From IMG/VR virus record IMGVR_UViG_3300033412_000014, positions 1 through 60,274 of that record: a stretch of 60,274 bases of DNA; one strand, written 5' to 3'. The translations under genes and the position numbers were made by a program. Source of the DNA: a virus (taxonomy: Duplodnaviria; Caudoviricetes). The notes below the pieces were generated by a model. It ran no database searches. It saw only the letters and a program-made list of their open reading frames with translations, and was not told the origin of the DNA. Positions within the stretch are counted from its first letter, which is position 1; each line of letters begins with the position of its first letter. This document shows, one piece after another, positions 57,159-60,274 of the stretch.

Positions 57159-57287
57159 AGGGGCACCGTGGGATCGAACCACGCCGATGAACATCAGTCT
57201 CTACTCGCCGTGCGGGTCGCCGGATCCGAAGAACCTACCGCTGCTTTCGAGGACGTATAGTCACCCATCACCTTGAAGGTGCGCCCC
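57159..57287 (-). ncRNA. tRNA-like RNA with long central insertion and variable arm
   Basis: GGGGCGC/GTGCCCC acceptor, CGTGG-TTCGATC-CCACG T-arm, CTGATG/CATCGG arm and a cUUCGg hairpin in the insert. Confidence 0.6.
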
Positions 57288-57378
57288 GCACTCGGCCATC
57301 CGATGACCATTCCCGTGGAACCGAACGGCCGAGCAGGTCTATTCTACCACACGCGGGGTCTCGGCGCGTGGCTCCGTG

Positions 57379-57810
57379 CTACTTGGCGTGGTCGACGACG
57401 AAGATGAGGACCGCGCCAACGATCGCACACCAGATGAGGAAGATCAGGACATCGAAGCGTGAGGGTCCTCGCATCATCGACGTCCTCGTCGCCACACGCG
57501 GTAGATGTCCGCGATGATGTAGCCAAGGACGACGCCGGCGATGATCCAGAACAGTGCCGCCGGCGTCGTCATCCCCGCCCCCGGTACATGATGGTCACAC
57601 CGATCAGCATACCGATCGGGATCCCGATGATGATGCCGACGATGAGATCGTGAGTCATCGCTTGCTCACGTTCACCTTCGGCAGGTGCACCGGGTTGGAC
57701 GGATCGATCATCCGCGGGCCGTTCGGGTCACGCAGCTGGAACTGCGTTCCGAAGATGGCCAGGAGCGTGAGGACGCCGATCGTGAAGATGAGAATCTTGA
57801 GCAGCTTCAC
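57379..57810 (-). CDS. Four coupled tiny TM-protein genes (57655-57810, 57569-57658, 57474-57572, 57379-57477)
   Basis: 29-51 aa hydrophobic ORFs joined by ATGA/GTGA overlaps. Confidence 0.6.
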
Positions 57811-58298
57811 TTCGGGTCCTCCTCGCCGTCCATCTCCTCGCCGATGGCGTGGGACAACGGCGACGGTCGCGGACCCACCTGGGTGAACGTGCCGCGCGCC
57901 TGCCGGTTGAAGTCGCGCAACGGCGGGTTCATGATCTCGGTGTCCATCTTGATGTAGTCCGGCGGCGACACCTTCAGCGACGCCGACGGGTAGAGCAGCT
58001 CGAAGTTCTCGAAGCCGAGCTTCTCGGCGAGCAGCTCCTCGAACTCACCGTTCGTCAGAGCACCCCTCCGGTTGGTGACGTACCACCGGTCCATGCCGAT
58101 GCCGTCGATAATGTCGTGCGTCTTCAGCGCCAGGAAGGTGTACTCCTTGCTGCCGCTGAACTTCTTGACGAACGACACCCGGACACCCACCGACATCTCG
58201 TCGACGTGCAGGTTCTTGACCCGCTGGACGATCTCAGCGGCCCGCGCCTTCGACGCGCTCTCGTCCTGCTCACGCAGCATTTCCAGTGCGTAGTCCAT
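57807..58298 (-). CDS. Hypothetical protein
   Basis: GGAAAGGAAG RBS; promoter at 58337-58365; high GC3. Confidence 0.7.
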   Translation of the reverse strand: MDYALEMLREQDESASKARAAEIVQRVKNLHVDEMSVGVRVSFVKKFSGSKEYTFLALKTHDIIDGIGMDRWYVTNRRGALTNGEFEELLAEKLGFENFELLYPSASLKVSPPDYIKMDTEIMNPPLRDFNRQARGTFTQVGPRPSPLSHAIGEEMDGEEDPK

Positions 58299-58336
58299 GT
58301 GCTTCCTTTCCTCTCCACTCGGTTGCTTACGTAATA

Positions 58337-58365
58337 ATAGTATCACACACGCACGTCGCGTGCTA
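58337..58365 (-). promoter_or_regulatory. Promoter TAGCAC-N17-TACTAT
   Basis: TGTGATACTAT motif. Confidence 0.65.
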
Positions 58366-59432
58366 CTCGTGGATCGCGAGGACGGCGGCGACGTCGTCGG
58401 GACGAATGTACTTGAGCTTCACCTTCTCGTCCTCGTTGAACTCCCACTTCAGCTCGTACAGATCACCCGTGACGAGGTTTCGCCCGGTCGAGAACTCCGT
58501 CACGTCGACGTCGATGATCGCGCCGGAGCGTAGGATCACACGCATCTTCACAGCGAATCACTCCAGTGCTGCACGGCGTCGATGATGCCTGGAAGTGCCG
58601 TGAACACCAGTATGATCAGGGCCATGAGCACCACCCAGACGAGGCAGCCTAGACCTTCTTTGATGTCTTCCCAGTCCACTAGTCTCTCCGATCCAGAACG
58701 GCGAGAATCGCCTTTGCGACACACTTACGGGAACACGCGAACCAGTCGCCACCCAGGCCGCCTGCGGTATCCGTGGTCTCCATCACGTCACCAATGAGAC
58801 CCATGACCTCGGATTCATCCAGCTCGACATACACGACCTTACCGCAGGCGTCGCAGGTGTAGCGGAGCACCTCGATCAACTGCTTCACCGGACGACCTCC
58901 CCCTTGCCGGTGAACCGGACCGGGTACGGTCCGTCCACCACCTCGCCCTGGTCGACGGCGTGCTTGAAGTGCAGCCACTCCTCGTCCTGCCGCTCAGCGA
59001 TGATGCTGTAGGCGAGGAGACCGACGATGTCCTGCGCCGCGTCAAGCACCTGCTTGATGAAGAGGTCGAACGTATCGGTGGATACGTTCTTCAGTTCAGG
59101 AACGGTGGTGTGATCGACGTTCTCGATCCACGTCCGGACCGCACGGACGGCGTACTCCTGCGGTGTCACAGCGCCTCCAGAAGGTTGAGCGCGGCACCCG
59201 CTTGAACCGGTGACTCCGTCTTGAGCATGACGTACTCGCCGGTTGTCTCGTTGAAGACGCGTAGTCGTGTGTTGGGTGGCCCATAGTTGCCGTCGTCCCA
59301 CTTACCTGTGTCCATCTTGAACACTCCGTTCGGCGTCGTCCAGCGAGCCTCGAAGTGGTCACCACCCTTGACCTCGACGAACACGTGCTCCGGGAGGAGC
59401 TTGAGCAGGGCATCACGCTGTTGCTTGTTCAT
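58363..59432 (-). CDS. Five coupled small hypothetical genes (59166-59432, 58885-59169, 58679-58888, 58548-58679 with TM helix, 58363-58551)
   Basis: Overlapping stop/start codons throughout. Confidence 0.6.
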
Positions 59433-59462
59433 ACATCCTGTCCTCTCATCATTCTTATCGAG

Positions 59463-59585
59463 TCGGTCACCGAGGAGTCGAACCTCGTCCGTCCTGGTCA
59501 CCCCAGGCATGCTAACCCCCGGACGTTTGCATCAGAGCACTCACCCCGCGCGAGGCGGCTGCTGGACGTCCTACACCAGAGACCG
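59463..59585 (-). ncRNA. tRNA-like RNA with a ~50-nt hairpin inserted in the D-loop and a 5-nt anticodon loop
   Basis: CGGTCTC/GTGACCG, TG-GTGT-A...GGTTA-GCAT, CCTGG-GGTGA-CCAGG and CGAGG-TTCGACT-CCTCG. Confidence 0.7.
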
Positions 59586-59769
59586 TTTGGTGGAGCGCTG
59601 GCCGTACTGCTTTGACGATGACTGGCTTCAGCACCCGCGCCCCGGGGCTCATCGTCTCACGCCGGTGTCGGAGGGTAGGATCCTCACGGCTGTGGCCTCG
59701 TCCTCTACGTGTTGCGTCGCCGAACGTGTCAGTAACTGGTATGTCCTACCTGAGGCCTGCGTGTCTATT

Positions 59770-59910
59770 TTACCAGGCGTACGACGGCGAACCGTCGTCA
59801 CCGGGACACTTGAACCGCGCGACGTCGCCCATGCGGGTGATCGTCCAGCGGTGTGGACCGTGCTGACCTGCGTGGTAGCAGCGCTTCCGCTGTGCGAACC
59901 ACCATCTCAT
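59770..59910 (-). CDS. Small Cys/His-containing hypothetical protein
   Basis: C.H.G.HGPH.W...CPG. Confidence 0.45.
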   Translation of the reverse strand: MRWWFAQRKRCYHAGQHGPHRWTITRMGDVARFKCPGDDGSPSYAW

Positions 59911-59911
59911 C

Positions 59912-60154
59912 TTAGTCCTCCAACTCGTCGTTGATGAACGTCTTGACGACGCGAACGATCTCTTTACCCACGTACGTAAGGACCTCACCACGCCCCTTAC
60001 AGGTCGGACAGTCCTCGTCTGTGATGACGGCGGTGTTGCCGTTGAAGTCCATGATCTTCCCGCCGCGACACTCCTTCATGGTCTTGTAGTTGATCCGCGA
60101 ATCCGGGCAGATCTTGGTGATGTCAATCTGGAAGTCACCGATGTAGATGCTCAT
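59912..60154 (-). CDS. Hypothetical protein with DnaJ-like CxxCxGxG zinc motif
   Basis: CPTCKGRGEVLT..GKEI. Confidence 0.6.
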   Translation of the reverse strand: MSIYIGDFQIDITKICPDSRINYKTMKECRGGKIMDFNGNTAVITDEDCPTCKGRGEVLTYVGKEIVRVVKTFINDELED

Positions 60155-60170
60155 CTCGTCTCATCCTTTC

Positions 60171-60274
60171 TTAACGCTTTCGTAGGTTGCCGGGTAGGTG
60201 GCCGACGTGCCAGTGGCGCTTACCGTCGCGCTCGCCGAACTTGCAGTCGTACACGTTGTAGGCGTCTTGCAAGG
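60171..60274 (-). CDS. Partial small protein (3' part only)
   Basis: ...YNVYDCKFG...HWHVGH... runs off the window end. Confidence 0.5.
   Translation of the reverse strand, partial: LQDAYNVYDCKFGERDGKRHWHVGHLPGNLRKR

Noticed and set aside
57185-57250. Hammerhead ribozyme (CTGATG and GAAA present on the minus strand)
   Set aside because: The core reads CTGATGT rather than CUGANGA and the three required stems could not be built
57159-57287. tmRNA
   Set aside because: G3-C70 rather than G3.U70, only 129 nt, no tag ORF and no CCA
59287-59934. Plus-strand 215-aa ORF across the RNA region
   Set aside because: Opposite to all neighbours, no RBS or motifs, and it overlaps tRNA-like elements

Overview
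This window is most or all of a GC-rich tailed dsDNA phage of an actinobacterial host (it carries a WhiB gene, an actinophage-type endolysin and many leaderless genes). It has siphovirus architecture and no integrase or repressor was seen. The + strand arm (3.5-23.6 kb) encodes replication and recombination genes (PolA, RuvC, SNF2 helicase, Cas4-like nuclease, Sak4-like ATPase, SSB), lysis genes and an apparent cytosine hypermodification pathway. That pathway comprises a dNMP kinase fused to a UDG-like domain, an Asp-type (cytosine-specific) thymidylate synthase homologue, dCMP deaminase, a T4 beta-glucosyltransferase-like enzyme, a GT75/RGP-STELLO-like protein, a dCTPase/dUTPase and a C5 methyltransferase with a remodelled cofactor pocket (Lys at the motif X Asn). 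The - strand arm (60.3-23.7 kb) encodes tiny membrane proteins, two normal tRNAs, several tRNA-like RNAs with large insertions, terminase, portal, a MuF-ADP-ribosyltransferase fusion, a 1522-aa polyvalent protein (2H phosphoesterase + kinase + repeats + ART), protease, two capsid proteins, tail genes and a glycosyltransferase/methyltransferase cassette. Primase-polymerase and SF3 helicase lie at the left end next to an iteron-like AT-rich region. All assignments come from motif recognition by eye; no database searches were run.
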